From IMG/VR virus record IMGVR_UViG_3300034108_000261: a stretch of 64,000 nt of DNA. One strand, given 5' to 3'. Source of the DNA: an uncultured virus (IMG/VR IMGVR_UViG_3300034108_000261) (lineage: Duplodnaviria > Heunggongvirae > Uroviricota > Caudoviricetes). The notes under the pieces were generated by a model. The model did not search any database. It had not been told where the DNA came from and saw only the letters and a program-made list of their open reading frames with translations. This document shows positions 1-8,573 of this stretch, piece after piece. A program made the position numbers and the translations under genes. Every line of letters starts with the position of its first letter. The stretch's first letter is position 1.

Positions 1-82
1 GTTTAAAGTAGTTAAACATGTTGGTAGACCCACAGCGAAGGTTTGCCATGACAGCACAATTACGATTGCAATGGATAAACAT
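1..82 (-). CDS. 5' part of a sulfotransferase-like protein (paralog of 1850..2344), continues out of the window
   Basis: Hand translation MFIHCNRNCAVMANLRCGSTNMFNYFK aligns with MFLFCTDTFAVMAETRCGHTNMYHYFG. Confidence 0.6.
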   Translation of the reverse strand, partial: MFIHCNRNCAVMANLRCGSTNMFNYFK

Positions 83-286
83 GTTGAACCTTTTAGAGTC
101 CTAATCTGGCCGCAAAAAAATTAATTCGGCATTATATAGGAAAGTGTGTAGCGGGAGAGGGAAGTGTTTTTGATCGAAGACTGAGACGATGTTGAAGCAA
201 GTGGGCGCTTAACCCCTCGTGCGGCTCGGGTACCTTGTCCAACTTTCCATAGCTCACTTTCTCTGGAGAGAGTACTGCTACCTCAC

Positions 287-529
287 TTACACGCCACGTG
301 GGACGCGAAGGAGGCGCATGACGTCTTTGTCAAGATAGTCACCCAGAGCAGTCCACTGACGGAAAGCGACACACTCGGTCATTCGAGCAGCGCAACGGTC
401 GATGTTGGCACAACCTTCGCAGGGAACATCACGTGTGTTCTCTGGGGTGTTCAGGGGAAGGAGGGCATTCGCCGACCGACCCTTGAGGTAATCTTGTTCA
501 CAACCAACGGAGAAATATTCGGTATTCAT
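287..529 (-). CDS. hypothetical early protein, Cys-rich (CxxC...C...C)
   Basis: 80-aa ORF directly downstream of promoter 559..587 with AAGGA-type RBS. Confidence 0.65.
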   Translation of the reverse strand: MNTEYFSVGCEQDYLKGRSANALLPLNTPENTRDVPCEGCANIDRCAARMTECVAFRQWTALGDYLDKDVMRLLRVPRGV

Positions 530-558
530 AATAACTTTTCCTTTTTAACTATACTACC

Positions 559-587
559 AGTATACCCTATTTTTGGGATAAAGTCAA
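559..587 (-). promoter_or_regulatory. sigma70-type early promoter
   Basis: TTGACT-N17-TATACT on minus strand. Confidence 0.8.
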
Positions 588-591
588 CAAC

Positions 592-744
592 TCATTTGCC
601 TTTTCCTGAATTAATTTCAATTATCCTGTCCCAATTGATATTGTACGGTAATTTCATGTCGCGGAACTCAATGAGTTGTGCTACCTTGTCTTCCGCTTGT
701 TGAAATATCTTGTAAACGTCTGCTAGTGTGTATTCGTAAGCCAT
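592..744 (-). CDS. small hypothetical protein (50 aa)
   Basis: Hand translation MAYEYTLADVYKIFQQAEDK...GKGK; follows promoter 778..806 with AAAGG RBS; below ORF-track cutoff. Confidence 0.55.
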   Translation of the reverse strand: MAYEYTLADVYKIFQQAEDKVAQLIEFRDMKLPYNINWDRIIEINSGKGK

Positions 745-777
745 AATTTAAACCTTTCTTTCAAAGACGACATAGTC

Positions 778-806
778 AGTATACCTCGATTTGCTGTGGA
801 AGTCAA
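778..806 (-). promoter_or_regulatory. sigma70-type early promoter
   Basis: TTGACT-N17-TATACT. Confidence 0.8.
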
Positions 807-902
807 CACTTTTCTTCATCTTATTACAAATAAAATGATCCCCCTGCCATTGCTGACAGAGGGACCATGGGGTGCACAGAGAGGAAAAGGAAAGGAAACT
901 CC

Positions 903-1184
903 CTATGCAGCAAACTCTTGGTCGACCCACTCTTGGCGACGAGCATCAGCACGTTTGTTGTATGCATTCGCTTCGACCTGCTGATTGGTGAAGTCGACGA
1001 TGTGGGTCAGTTCGTCCACACCCTTGTCTGCGATGTCCGCGAGACATGCAGAGAGATACCCGAGAACGAAGGAGTTGTTGCCATCACCGAGAGTGCGGAG
1101 ATTGACGAACAACTGGTCGACCAGATCCTTGGTGGAGTAGACACGAGTCACAGCAGGGTGGCAGTAGTTTACAGAATCAGTCAT
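903..1184 (-). CDS. hypothetical protein
   Basis: 93-aa ORF, GGAG RBS, directly follows 1187..1417. Confidence 0.65.
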   Translation of the reverse strand: MTDSVNYCHPAVTRVYSTKDLVDQLFVNLRTLGDGNNSFVLGYLSACLADIADKGVDELTHIVDFTNQQVEANAYNKRADARRQEWVDQEFAA

Positions 1185-1186
1185 AA

Positions 1187-1417
1187 TTACATGCTCCAGT
1201 AGGTTTCAGAGGAAGGATCGCAAGCGAGAGGAGTATTGACAGGGATCTTTACTTCCTTGCCAGACATCAGCGAGGTGACGGTCTTGGTGGTAAATTGTCC
1301 CAGATAGAACGCTTCAGCGAGAGCATCGCGCTTCAGACGGTGGGCATTGACCATTTCATTGCCATTCTTCATCACGAGGTAGACGCCATTCATTTTTTCA
1401 ACGGTAAACATAATCAA
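1187..1417 (-). CDS. hypothetical early protein (C-terminal CDPSSETYWSM motif typical of small phage proteins)
   Basis: ORF behind promoter 1439..1467. Confidence 0.65.
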   Translation of the reverse strand: MIMFTVEKMNGVYLVMKNGNEMVNAHRLKRDALAEAFYLGQFTTKTVTSLMSGKEVKIPVNTPLACDPSSETYWSM

Positions 1418-1438
1418 GTTCCTTTTCTTAGTATTACC

Positions 1439-1467
1439 ATTCTACCCCAAAACGTGCCAGAAGTCAA
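1439..1467 (-). promoter_or_regulatory. sigma70-type early promoter
   Basis: TTGACT-N17-TAGAAT. Confidence 0.8.
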
Positions 1468-1634
1468 CACTTTTCTTGCTTCCCGACAACTTTTTTTTGT
1501 GCGGGTGTCGCGGTCAGTGGCGAAGTGTGAGTGGACTAAGACGAACCTCGACACACCCCGACACGCCCCATTTCACTCCATTCGATTCAAGAACAGGACT
1601 ATGCGTAATTTACACTAAATGTTAGTGAAAATCA

Positions 1635-1853
1635 CTAACTTACTCCAAACAGTTCATCTAATGCTATTTGCTTCTCACTAGGAATTCTTTCTATTGGGTA
1701 TCTATTCCCTGCAGGAAATCCGATATATGCATTCAGTTTATTGAGAGTGTTTCTCTCTTCCACCCATGCCTGCATCTTATCATCATCATTTAGCATATCA
1801 TACGTCCAGTCGTCAATACGCTTCTGTAAATCATCAAATGTTCTAGCAGTCAT
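1635..1853 (-). CDS. hypothetical protein ending KQIALDELFGVS
   Basis: ORF with ATGA overlap to the upstream gene; start set at the MTAR codon. Confidence 0.6.
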   Translation of the reverse strand: MTARTFDDLQKRIDDWTYDMLNDDDKMQAWVEERNTLNKLNAYIGFPAGNRYPIERIPSEKQIALDELFGVS

Positions 1854-2344
1854 TCTGTTAGATCTTTCCATTCTTGCACGGATATTCTCTCTTTGGTTCT
1901 CATAAATTCGTTATAGATTTTTAGTTCTTCTCGCAGATCCTCCAGAGAATATACATCGTTTGGTACATGCACATCCTCTACTACTGCGGTATCATCTATC
2001 CGAGTGTTCGTTCTGGGAGACTGAGACAGTTTACTTCTTGGAATATACTGCTCGAGATCGTAGAAGTCAATGATTCGGAAGTTGCATCCTAATAGATTAT
2101 GCATATATGGACGAGAGTGCAGGATATAGATGGTGTTCGGGAAGGATTTGGAGAGTGGGAGAGAGGATTTCACTCGATCTAGAGGATTGCGAAGGACTAC
2201 TACAGGATTATGGTGCTCCTTCCAGTTGTCTATAGTGTATTCAGTTGAAGTATATGGAGCAATTCCGAAGTAGTGGTACATGTTTGTGTGTCCGCAGCGA
2301 GTTTCTGCCATCACAGCAAAGGTGTCCGTGCAGAACAGGAACAT
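1850..2344 (-). CDS. sulfotransferase-family-like protein
   Basis: RCGHT (5'-PSB-like loop) and VVLRNPLDRVKS (3'-PB-like) motifs. Confidence 0.55.
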   Translation of the reverse strand: MFLFCTDTFAVMAETRCGHTNMYHYFGIAPYTSTEYTIDNWKEHHNPVVVLRNPLDRVKSSLPLSKSFPNTIYILHSRPYMHNLLGCNFRIIDFYDLEQYIPRSKLSQSPRTNTRIDDTAVVEDVHVPNDVYSLEDLREELKIYNEFMRTKERISVQEWKDLTE

Positions 2345-2345
2345 A

Positions 2346-2876
2346 TCAGTCTATTACAAATGACCAGAGAGATGTTCCAGAGTAGAACGTCGCCTGTTTG
2401 CCCAGCATTTCTTCTAGTCGGTTTACATTCAATTTTACGTCTGGGAACATGCTCAGATAGTCATGTCCGCACAGTAGACCACCACTCTTTAGATTCTTTA
2501 GTGCAAACTGGATAATCTCCCAGTCATTGGGATTCTTATGTGCTGCATCGATAAAGAATATATCTGCAGGTTTGTCTACGTATCTCGAGTATGGGAAGTA
2601 TGGGCAGAGGTTTAGAATGGGAGTGATGTTGGGGATATCCTTGGTGTTCTCTTGGAACTGCGGATAGAAATCTGCACCCGTAGATGGATCATAGAATGCA
2701 TCCACGCAATATACATTCACGGAGGGATCGCAGGACTTTGCCCACGCGATTGCACTGCGTCCATACAGACTGCCGACCTCTACGATGACTCCATTCTCTG
2801 GGACTGCACTCGCCCATCTCTCGATGCAGCGGAGTTCACTCTCATTCATGTGTCCGTCAATTGTCGTATCATACAT
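2346..2876 (-). CDS. class I SAM-dependent methyltransferase (Methyltransf_24-like)
   Basis: IVEVGSLYGRS, FFIDAAH and LKSGGLLCGHDY motifs. Confidence 0.85.
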   Translation of the reverse strand: MYDTTIDGHMNESELRCIERWASAVPENGVIVEVGSLYGRSAIAWAKSCDPSVNVYCVDAFYDPSTGADFYPQFQENTKDIPNITPILNLCPYFPYSRYVDKPADIFFIDAAHKNPNDWEIIQFALKNLKSGGLLCGHDYLSMFPDVKLNVNRLEEMLGKQATFYSGTSLWSFVID

Positions 2877-3003
2877 TCTTCAACGCCTCCTCTGCTATAT
2901 TTGCACAGGTGTATCCGTGTCCATGTCCGTGTGAGTGTCCAAATCTCTCGATACGCTCGAGCGCATCTTTGTATCGCTGGAGAGTCTTTTCCGTCTCATT
3001 CAT
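2869..3003 (-). CDS. small hypothetical protein (44 aa, GHSHGHGHG)
   Basis: Hand translation fills the gap between SGNH and methyltransferase genes. Confidence 0.45.
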   Translation of the reverse strand: MNETEKTLQRYKDALERIERFGHSHGHGHGYTCANIAEEALKNV

Positions 3004-3004
3004 G

Positions 3005-3421
3005 TCAGATACCAGACTTCTTTACCAGATCCTTGTATCCACGCCACGATGGATGGATTTTGTCAGGTTGGACGTAGGAAGTAGAGATAGTGACATCATT
3101 GTATTGTGCAGCAATCTGCTTTACGATGGCATTTACCTTGGGTTTACAGAATCCGCTGTTACATGGAGGCATAATCCATACGACCTTCACGGAGCGAATA
3201 CGATATCGAATCTTCTGTAGTTCTTTGAAGGTATTCACACCGTTGTGGTCGTTGGTGCCCAGACTGATTACTACAGTCTTTGCCTCGAGTGGAGTGCTAC
3301 CCCAGCGTTTGTTCCACTGCCAGGTGTTGAATCCACCCTTGGAGTAGGATACGCACTCAGTGGGTGCAAACATCTTGGTGCCAACTGCGATACTGTCACC
3401 CATAATTAAACATTCTAACAT
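3005..3421 (-). CDS. SGNH/GDSL hydrolase-family protein
   Basis: GDS block I, LGTND block III, DKIHP block V. Confidence 0.85.
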   Translation of the reverse strand: MLECLIMGDSIAVGTKMFAPTECVSYSKGGFNTWQWNKRWGSTPLEAKTVVISLGTNDHNGVNTFKELQKIRYRIRSVKVVWIMPPCNSGFCKPKVNAIVKQIAAQYNDVTISTSYVQPDKIHPSWRGYKDLVKKSGI

Positions 3422-3433
3422 AATATATTTCCT

Positions 3434-3568
3434 TTAAAAATGATACTCAACCCAGTAGTAGGCAGTCTTGCCACTAGACCATGTTACCTTGCTGCCGCGA
3501 TATCGTTTATACGGAACCAGCGGTGATTCAGTTGGTAGTGGTAGTTTCTTCCACTCTTTCTCTGTCAT
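3434..3568 (-). CDS. small hypothetical protein (44 aa)
   Basis: Hand translation MTEKEWKKLPLPTE...WVEYHF; TAATG coupling to upstream gene. Confidence 0.45.
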   Translation of the reverse strand: MTEKEWKKLPLPTESPLVPYKRYRGSKVTWSSGKTAYYWVEYHF

Positions 3569-3750
3569 TATTTTACTCCGAACAGTTTGTCTAATGCAGT
3601 CTGCTTGTATGTGTCTGCCATGTGCGCATTGAGCGCATCACCTAGATTTTCAGTGTATTCATCGAGGATGACATAATCTGCCGACCTACCTTGGATATGG
3701 TGCGACTGATTCTTGTAATTCACCCATGGATCATCATCATAGTGTCCCAT
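3568..3750 (-). CDS. hypothetical protein ending KQTALDKLFGVK
   Basis: 60-aa ORF translationally coupled on both sides. Confidence 0.6.
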   Translation of the reverse strand: MGHYDDDPWVNYKNQSHHIQGRSADYVILDEYTENLGDALNAHMADTYKQTALDKLFGVK

Positions 3751-4037
3751 TAGATGCTCTGACTGTCACGGTTTTCGTTCATGCGCTTGATGTCAGCAGC
3801 ACGTTGCTTCTTGAGTTCTTCCGCAGTGGCAACTGCATTCTTCTGCGTGTCATATTCAACCAGTTCAGCACTGGTCATGTTGGACTGTAGATCTGCAATG
3901 ATAGACTGGAATCGTTGGACTTCGCTGCTCGTAGGAGCATAGCGAGTGACCGACTCGAGTCGAGTCTCGGCGAGTCTCAACTTATCGAATGCATTAAACG
4001 TTTCGGCAGTTTTGGTGTTAATCATAATATCAGGCAT
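3750..4037 (-). CDS. hypothetical helical protein
   Basis: ORF behind promoter 4070..4098, AGGA RBS. Confidence 0.65.
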   Translation of the reverse strand: MPDIMINTKTAETFNAFDKLRLAETRLESVTRYAPTSSEVQRFQSIIADLQSNMTSAELVEYDTQKNAVATAEELKKQRAADIKRMNENRDSQSI

Positions 4038-4069
4038 AATCTAGTTTCCTATTCAATCTTAGAATTACC

Positions 4070-4098
4070 ATTCTACCCTATAATTGGGCAGAAGTCAA
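4070..4098 (-). promoter_or_regulatory. sigma70-type early promoter
   Basis: TTGACT-N17-TAGAAT. Confidence 0.8.
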
Positions 4099-4107
4099 TA
4101 GTTTTCT

Positions 4108-4350
4108 TCACGTAATGTCAATCTGCACACGCTCAACTTCTGCCCATGGGTCGCTGTGGTTGAACATACCATCTTGGTCGAAGTAGTGTGTTTGCATTTC
4201 GAGTTGAACCTTTACAACACGCATTATCCCATTGTCATCTGTCTTGACATATTCCACCACACGGAATTCCTGCCTCTCGGGCATAATGATGGGAATCGGC
4301 GGGAGTTGGACAGGTGGTTGGTATGCCCGACGCAGAGGTCTTTGAGTCAT
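4108..4350 (-). CDS. hypothetical protein
   Basis: 80-aa ORF, ATGA overlap with upstream ORF. Confidence 0.6.
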   Translation of the reverse strand: MTQRPLRRAYQPPVQLPPIPIIMPERQEFRVVEYVKTDDNGIMRVVKVQLEMQTHYFDQDGMFNHSDPWAEVERVQIDIT

Positions 4351-4724
4351 CGCTTGTTCTTCCTTTGTTGTTCAATGAAATCTTTGTTACCGACCCATGT
4401 GTATGCCTTGTAACGAACAGAGTTGTCTGCGTGGTCCATCTGTTTGGTGAACGAGAAATGTCCATCTTCCATCATCTTCTCTGCCAACTTACCAGCAAGT
4501 TCTTTCTTGAGATAATTTTGCAAATCTCCCTCAGACATACCAGATGCGAGAATCCAATCAAGATCATACTTCATGGTATAGTCTAGCAGTTCTCCAGATA
4601 GATTATAATCGTATTTGATCGGAGCAGCAGTGATTGATCCGCCCGAGATGCCACTAGACGGAATACGAAGACTGTCCCAGTCCATTGGTCTGAAATTGCT
4701 ATTGTTATTGTCAATAATTGCCAT
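4347..4724 (-). CDS. hypothetical protein
   Basis: 125-aa ORF in a tightly packed operon. Confidence 0.6.
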   Translation of the reverse strand: MAIIDNNNSNFRPMDWDSLRIPSSGISGGSITAAPIKYDYNLSGELLDYTMKYDLDWILASGMSEGDLQNYLKKELAGKLAEKMMEDGHFSFTKQMDHADNSVRYKAYTWVGNKDFIEQQRKNKR

Positions 4725-4897
4725 TATTCTTCAACCCATTCAATCTGGTGTGATGCTACCACTCGCTTGTGGATATTACCACCATCGTCCTCCAGAACAA
4801 GTGTCACTGCGGTAGAGTTTACCCGATTGTTCAATGCATGCACGAAATATACCTTGCCTACATCTTCCCAATCGTCACTATTAATCTTGCATCTCAT
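4724..4897 (-). CDS. small hypothetical protein (57 aa)
   Basis: Hand translation MRCKINSDDWEDVGKVYF...IEWVEE fills the operon gap. Confidence 0.5.
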   Translation of the reverse strand: MRCKINSDDWEDVGKVYFVHALNNRVNSTAVTLVLEDDGGNIHKRVVASHQIEWVEE

Positions 4898-5057
4898 GTT
4901 CTGCCTCCGTATCTACAATATGCAACAGATTAGGTGCAGACGAGGCAAAGAATGCTCGATTAAACTGTTGATTGATTGCTGTGTAGTCTGATGATTTTTG
5001 TCGCACTACATACTCACTGCGACTGTCATCTGTCCATCTACGTAACTCATACCTCAT
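4881..5057 (-). CDS. small hypothetical protein
   Basis: ORF with ATGA overlap to 5054..5635. Confidence 0.5.
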   Translation of the reverse strand: MRYELRRWTDDSRSEYVVRQKSSDYTAINQQFNRAFFASSAPNLLHIVDTEAEHEMQD

Positions 5058-5635
5058 TGGAAACTCCATCCTCTATCAGTAAATTTCTCTATTCTCTTTG
5101 TACTTAAATGGTTTGCATGCTTTGGATTCTTAATCAGCGTCTTGCTCTTGATAGCATCGTACTGCTGACGAGAGATAAACAACTGCTGCGTTACCATATC
5201 GAAGTATGGCATACAATGCACAAAGTCGAAAGTCTCGCGTTGTTCCTTACCAGTCATGGTGATTACCTGCAGTCCATTCTTGAACGTAATTGCATTGGGA
5301 GTAACTAACTTACCCTTCACCTTTATCTCTGCTATGTATCCAGGAGTAACTCCTGCGACCTCGTTGAGAGTCGGAGTGTCGCTCATTACGAACCTCTCGG
5401 CAGCCTGAGCAGTCACAAAATCCTTTAGGTAGACGTCCCAGTCATGGACTTCTTCATATAGGAATAGAGACGCGAAACATCCACCAGTCAAGATAGATTC
5501 TTTGAAATATGGATAGGTATCGGTTGGTAGGTCGGATAGTAGTTCGCGCAGTTTCTTCTGCGCGATATCCTTCACGGACTCGATTTCTTTACGTTCAGCG
5601 TCAGAGAATGTAGCGATCAAAATAATTTCCTTCAT
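5054..5635 (-). CDS. putative Pol-beta-superfamily nucleotidyltransferase
   Basis: ILTGGCFAS...HDWDVY (hGG...DxD) and FDFVHC motifs. Confidence 0.6.
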   Translation of the reverse strand: MKEIILIATFSDAERKEIESVKDIAQKKLRELLSDLPTDTYPYFKESILTGGCFASLFLYEEVHDWDVYLKDFVTAQAAERFVMSDTPTLNEVAGVTPGYIAEIKVKGKLVTPNAITFKNGLQVITMTGKEQRETFDFVHCMPYFDMVTQQLFISRQQYDAIKSKTLIKNPKHANHLSTKRIEKFTDRGWSFQ

Positions 5636-5646
5636 AATATAAACAC

Positions 5647-5675
5647 ATTCTACCGTAAATTGGTGGAAAAGTCAA
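5647..5675 (-). promoter_or_regulatory. sigma70-type early promoter
   Basis: TTGACT-N17-TAGAAT; -35 box overlaps the stop of 5672..7111. Confidence 0.8.
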
Positions 5676-7111
5676 GCGATATTTGGAATAAATCCGAACG
5701 TAGATGTTTCTTTTTTGATTGTCGCTGGGATGAGTGCATCTACCAGACTGTTCATATTGAACACCTGCGGAGCGATGAGTGTGATGACATCACACGCAGT
5801 AAATGGATTCTGCCCAGACAGAATCTTGACGATCTTGTCGATGCAGTTAAATACAGTGCCGACGATTGGGATTGCCTTGACAAATCCAGGAGCAGCATCG
5901 ATGAGAGCATGTATCTGTGCAATCAAACTACCGCGGAAAATGCGTCGCGCCTTGTCGATGTAGTAATCGAAGGCATCCTCCAGTTGGTGGAACAGATATT
6001 CCTTACCGAAGTGCACCTTGTTCTTCTTGAGTTCAGTCGATATATCGCTTATGCCAATCATACTACCGACGCTACCGAGAAATGGTATACTGATGCCAAG
6101 CACTGTATTGATGCCATCATCCAATAGACTCTGCGCTGATAATATCTTGTCGTTGATCTGTTGCTGCGCTTCTTCCTTCGCAATCTCGGATAGATTACCG
6201 TCAGCAATGGACTCTGCTAATGTCTTTGCGCTGGTAATCTGACTGGCGACAGATGTCTTAATAGAATCAAGAGATGCCTTGATGGCAGTCTCGATAGCAA
6301 TTGTTGGATCGACACCACTTAGCACTGCCTTGATTGCAGTACCAATAACTGGGATATTCTCTAGCAGACCGACGATTGCATTGATAGCACTACCAATCCA
6401 GTCGTTGAGAGTCTTATTCAACCAGTCTTGTGCCTTCTGCCATACCTCTTCCGCAGTCATCTCTGGAACATTAACGCCAAGTTTACCATCAAATCGATAC
6501 GACAATCCAAGGATAGATGCTGCTGATGTAATGTTGCTGGCAATTGCTGCCTTGATGGTAGCATTACCAGATGGCGTGAACATGTCACCAACTACAGCGC
6601 CTGGAGCAAATGGTAGTGGTATATCGAGGGGTGTTGGTATACCGAGAACACCGATGATCTCAGTCAGAATCTCGACAACCTTCTTCTTGAAGAATTGCTC
6701 GATGTTCTTGTGGATCTCTCGTGCCCGATACTTTGCCTCCATCTCTTTCGAGTGCAGGACAGAAAATGGTCGGGGAGATAGGAATGATTGGATTTGGTCG
6801 ATTAACTCCTCGACCTGCATCATTTTGTCCAGCACATCCAGCACTTGCTCTGGTGCCAAACGCTCGAGTGCAGTTGTCAGGTTTGCAGCATCAACAGAAC
6901 TGATGTATCCCTTCGTTCTGATTATAGTACGCTTCTGGTTAGAGATGTCATCCTCCGCAGCGTTCATTGCTGTTGCCAACTGGGATTTTATCTGTCCTGG
7001 AAGTTGCGAGACGCCTCGGAAATACTCGTTTAGATTTCCGAGCGACAAATCTCCTCCTGCACCTGCACAGTCGAGATTAGATACGATGGGGAGTTGGATC
7101 GTTACTGTCAT
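5672..7111 (-). CDS. large hypothetical alpha-helical protein, possibly virion-associated
   Basis: 479-aa ORF, recurring IP(V/F/I)(I/L/V)G motifs, ATAAATA late-promoter-like box just upstream. Confidence 0.75.
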   Translation of the reverse strand: MTVTIQLPIVSNLDCAGAGGDLSLGNLNEYFRGVSQLPGQIKSQLATAMNAAEDDISNQKRTIIRTKGYISSVDAANLTTALERLAPEQVLDVLDKMMQVEELIDQIQSFLSPRPFSVLHSKEMEAKYRAREIHKNIEQFFKKKVVEILTEIIGVLGIPTPLDIPLPFAPGAVVGDMFTPSGNATIKAAIASNITSAASILGLSYRFDGKLGVNVPEMTAEEVWQKAQDWLNKTLNDWIGSAINAIVGLLENIPVIGTAIKAVLSGVDPTIAIETAIKASLDSIKTSVASQITSAKTLAESIADGNLSEIAKEEAQQQINDKILSAQSLLDDGINTVLGISIPFLGSVGSMIGISDISTELKKNKVHFGKEYLFHQLEDAFDYYIDKARRIFRGSLIAQIHALIDAAPGFVKAIPIVGTVFNCIDKIVKILSGQNPFTACDVITLIAPQVFNMNSLVDALIPATIKKETSTFGFIPNIA

Positions 7112-7120
7112 AAGAGATAT

Positions 7121-7327
7121 TTATTCCTTATTCATAAGACTCTTATGTATTTCCGCCATACGAATTATGAGATTGGCAACAGCAAGTACGAAGCAGATAG
7201 GAAGCATCGCAAAGAAGTTGGTCTGTCCAATTGCAGTACCAACGATAATGAAGTGTGCAGCAGCAATTCCTAGCGCGAGTAGGACTGCGTCTGCCACAAC
7301 CTTCATGGATAGATTAACAAACATCAT
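7121..7327 (-). CDS. small membrane protein (2 TM)
   Basis: Two hydrophobic segments. Confidence 0.6.
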   Translation of the reverse strand: MMFVNLSMKVVADAVLLALGIAAAHFIIVGTAIGQTNFFAMLPICFVLAVANLIIRMAEIHKSLMNKE

Positions 7328-7863
7328 CGACCGACCAATATATCTAAACCACGCTCCTGCCAGTTATCGCAGATATCGTTCGAGTGTTCCCAGAGCATAT
7401 CGTAATACTCGTCGCTGTCCTCTTCCAGTTCCTCGAGAGCAGGAACCTCGCGTCGAATCATTGCTTCGATTTGGTCAGAGTCTAAGGATGAACCAGTGTC
7501 TCCGAGAGCAGTGAAAATGTGGTATCCAATGAAGTTCGGACACTCATCCTCGTATTCGATCTCGAGTCTTGCATCAGGATCGATTGCGATAATCTGGTCT
7601 GCCATCCACTGAACAAAATGTTGCGGCCAGTCCCATGCGCTAACTACACGCACGCAATTGTCCCATACCGTGTCAACATAGCAATACTTAGATCCGATGT
7701 TTTCCAGCATCCAGTCCCAAGTGATGTCTTCCTTGGCGACATCGAACAATGAGGTTACTGATGCGTGCGGATCAGTATCTATCTTGGCAAACCACTGATT
7801 GACAAGATCCATTGCCTGTTCGTTGCAAACGAAAGCAATTCTAGTAGTAACATTATTCGCCAT
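7324..7863 (-). CDS. YubB/Api92-like (DUF1281) ferredoxin-like-fold protein
   Basis: MANNVTTRI, WDWMLENIGSKY, SAWDWP, IEYEDE pattern. Confidence 0.55.
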   Translation of the reverse strand: MANNVTTRIAFVCNEQAMDLVNQWFAKIDTDPHASVTSLFDVAKEDITWDWMLENIGSKYCYVDTVWDNCVRVVSAWDWPQHFVQWMADQIIAIDPDARLEIEYEDECPNFIGYHIFTALGDTGSSLDSDQIEAMIRREVPALEELEEDSDEYYDMLWEHSNDICDNWQERGLDILVGR

Positions 7864-7888
7864 AACAATCTCCTTATCGTATACACAC

Positions 7889-7917
7889 AGTATACTTCAT
7901 TTCAGGAGAATTGTCAA
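7889..7917 (-). promoter_or_regulatory. sigma70-type early promoter
   Basis: TTGACA-N17-TATACT. Confidence 0.85.
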
Positions 7918-8573
7918 GCCATTTTTGAGTAATTTTGTGAAGTTTTTTTGAAGCATGCCCATGCTGCTTCTTGGAACTCGTCTGTCATATGAGAGGAGAG
8001 TCCATACTTATCGACTGCGATAGAGATATCTTTATACTTAATCTCGCACCAGCGCCATACATTGTCCTTGACATATGCATCGTAGTATTCGTTGTCAATC
8101 ACGTAGTCGTGTGCCATGATAATATCGTCTGTCTTCAGAATACGAGAAAACAGATTAAACTCAGCAGGTTTATTACCGCCATCGCATAGCACGAGAGTCT
8201 GTCCATCACTCTGAATGTAGTCAAAGATGCGATCCAGATCCTCGAATGCATCCATTACTCGAACATCGACACCTCTGTTGCGCAGTCGATCTGCATGTTG
8301 AGTTTCTCTAATGTCATATGTGATGATTGGGGTATCACGGACCTCTGCACCGTTGGTAAAAATGATGTCTGTAAGTGCAAGTGTGAGTCCACCCTTTGCA
8401 GTACCAATCTCTAGGACGCGAGTGATGTTCTCTTGTGCAAATAGTTTATCAAATGCAGCGTAGAAGTTCTTGTTCTGTTGCGTGAAGATACCATTATAGA
8501 TGCCACCACCCCATTGGTGCTTCCAGTTGGGAAACTCTGATTCGAATGCTTCTTTGGGAATTTCAAACGCCAT
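7914..8573 (-). CDS. class I SAM-dependent methyltransferase-like protein
   Basis: VLEIGTAKGG motif I, LCDGG, IMAHDY. Confidence 0.7.
   Translation of the reverse strand: MAFEIPKEAFESEFPNWKHQWGGGIYNGIFTQQNKNFYAAFDKLFAQENITRVLEIGTAKGGLTLALTDIIFTNGAEVRDTPIITYDIRETQHADRLRNRGVDVRVMDAFEDLDRIFDYIQSDGQTLVLCDGGNKPAEFNLFSRILKTDDIIMAHDYVIDNEYYDAYVKDNVWRWCEIKYKDISIAVDKYGLSSHMTDEFQEAAWACFKKTSQNYSKMA

Noticed and set aside
748..930. 60-aa minus-strand ORF in the track
   Set aside because: Runs across a promoter and hairpin region, lacks a clear RBS and overlaps the stop of 903..1184
6279..7514. 411-aa plus-strand ORF and the many other plus-strand ORFs in the track
   Set aside because: Antisense shadows of well-supported minus-strand genes; no recognisable motifs or promoters on the plus strand
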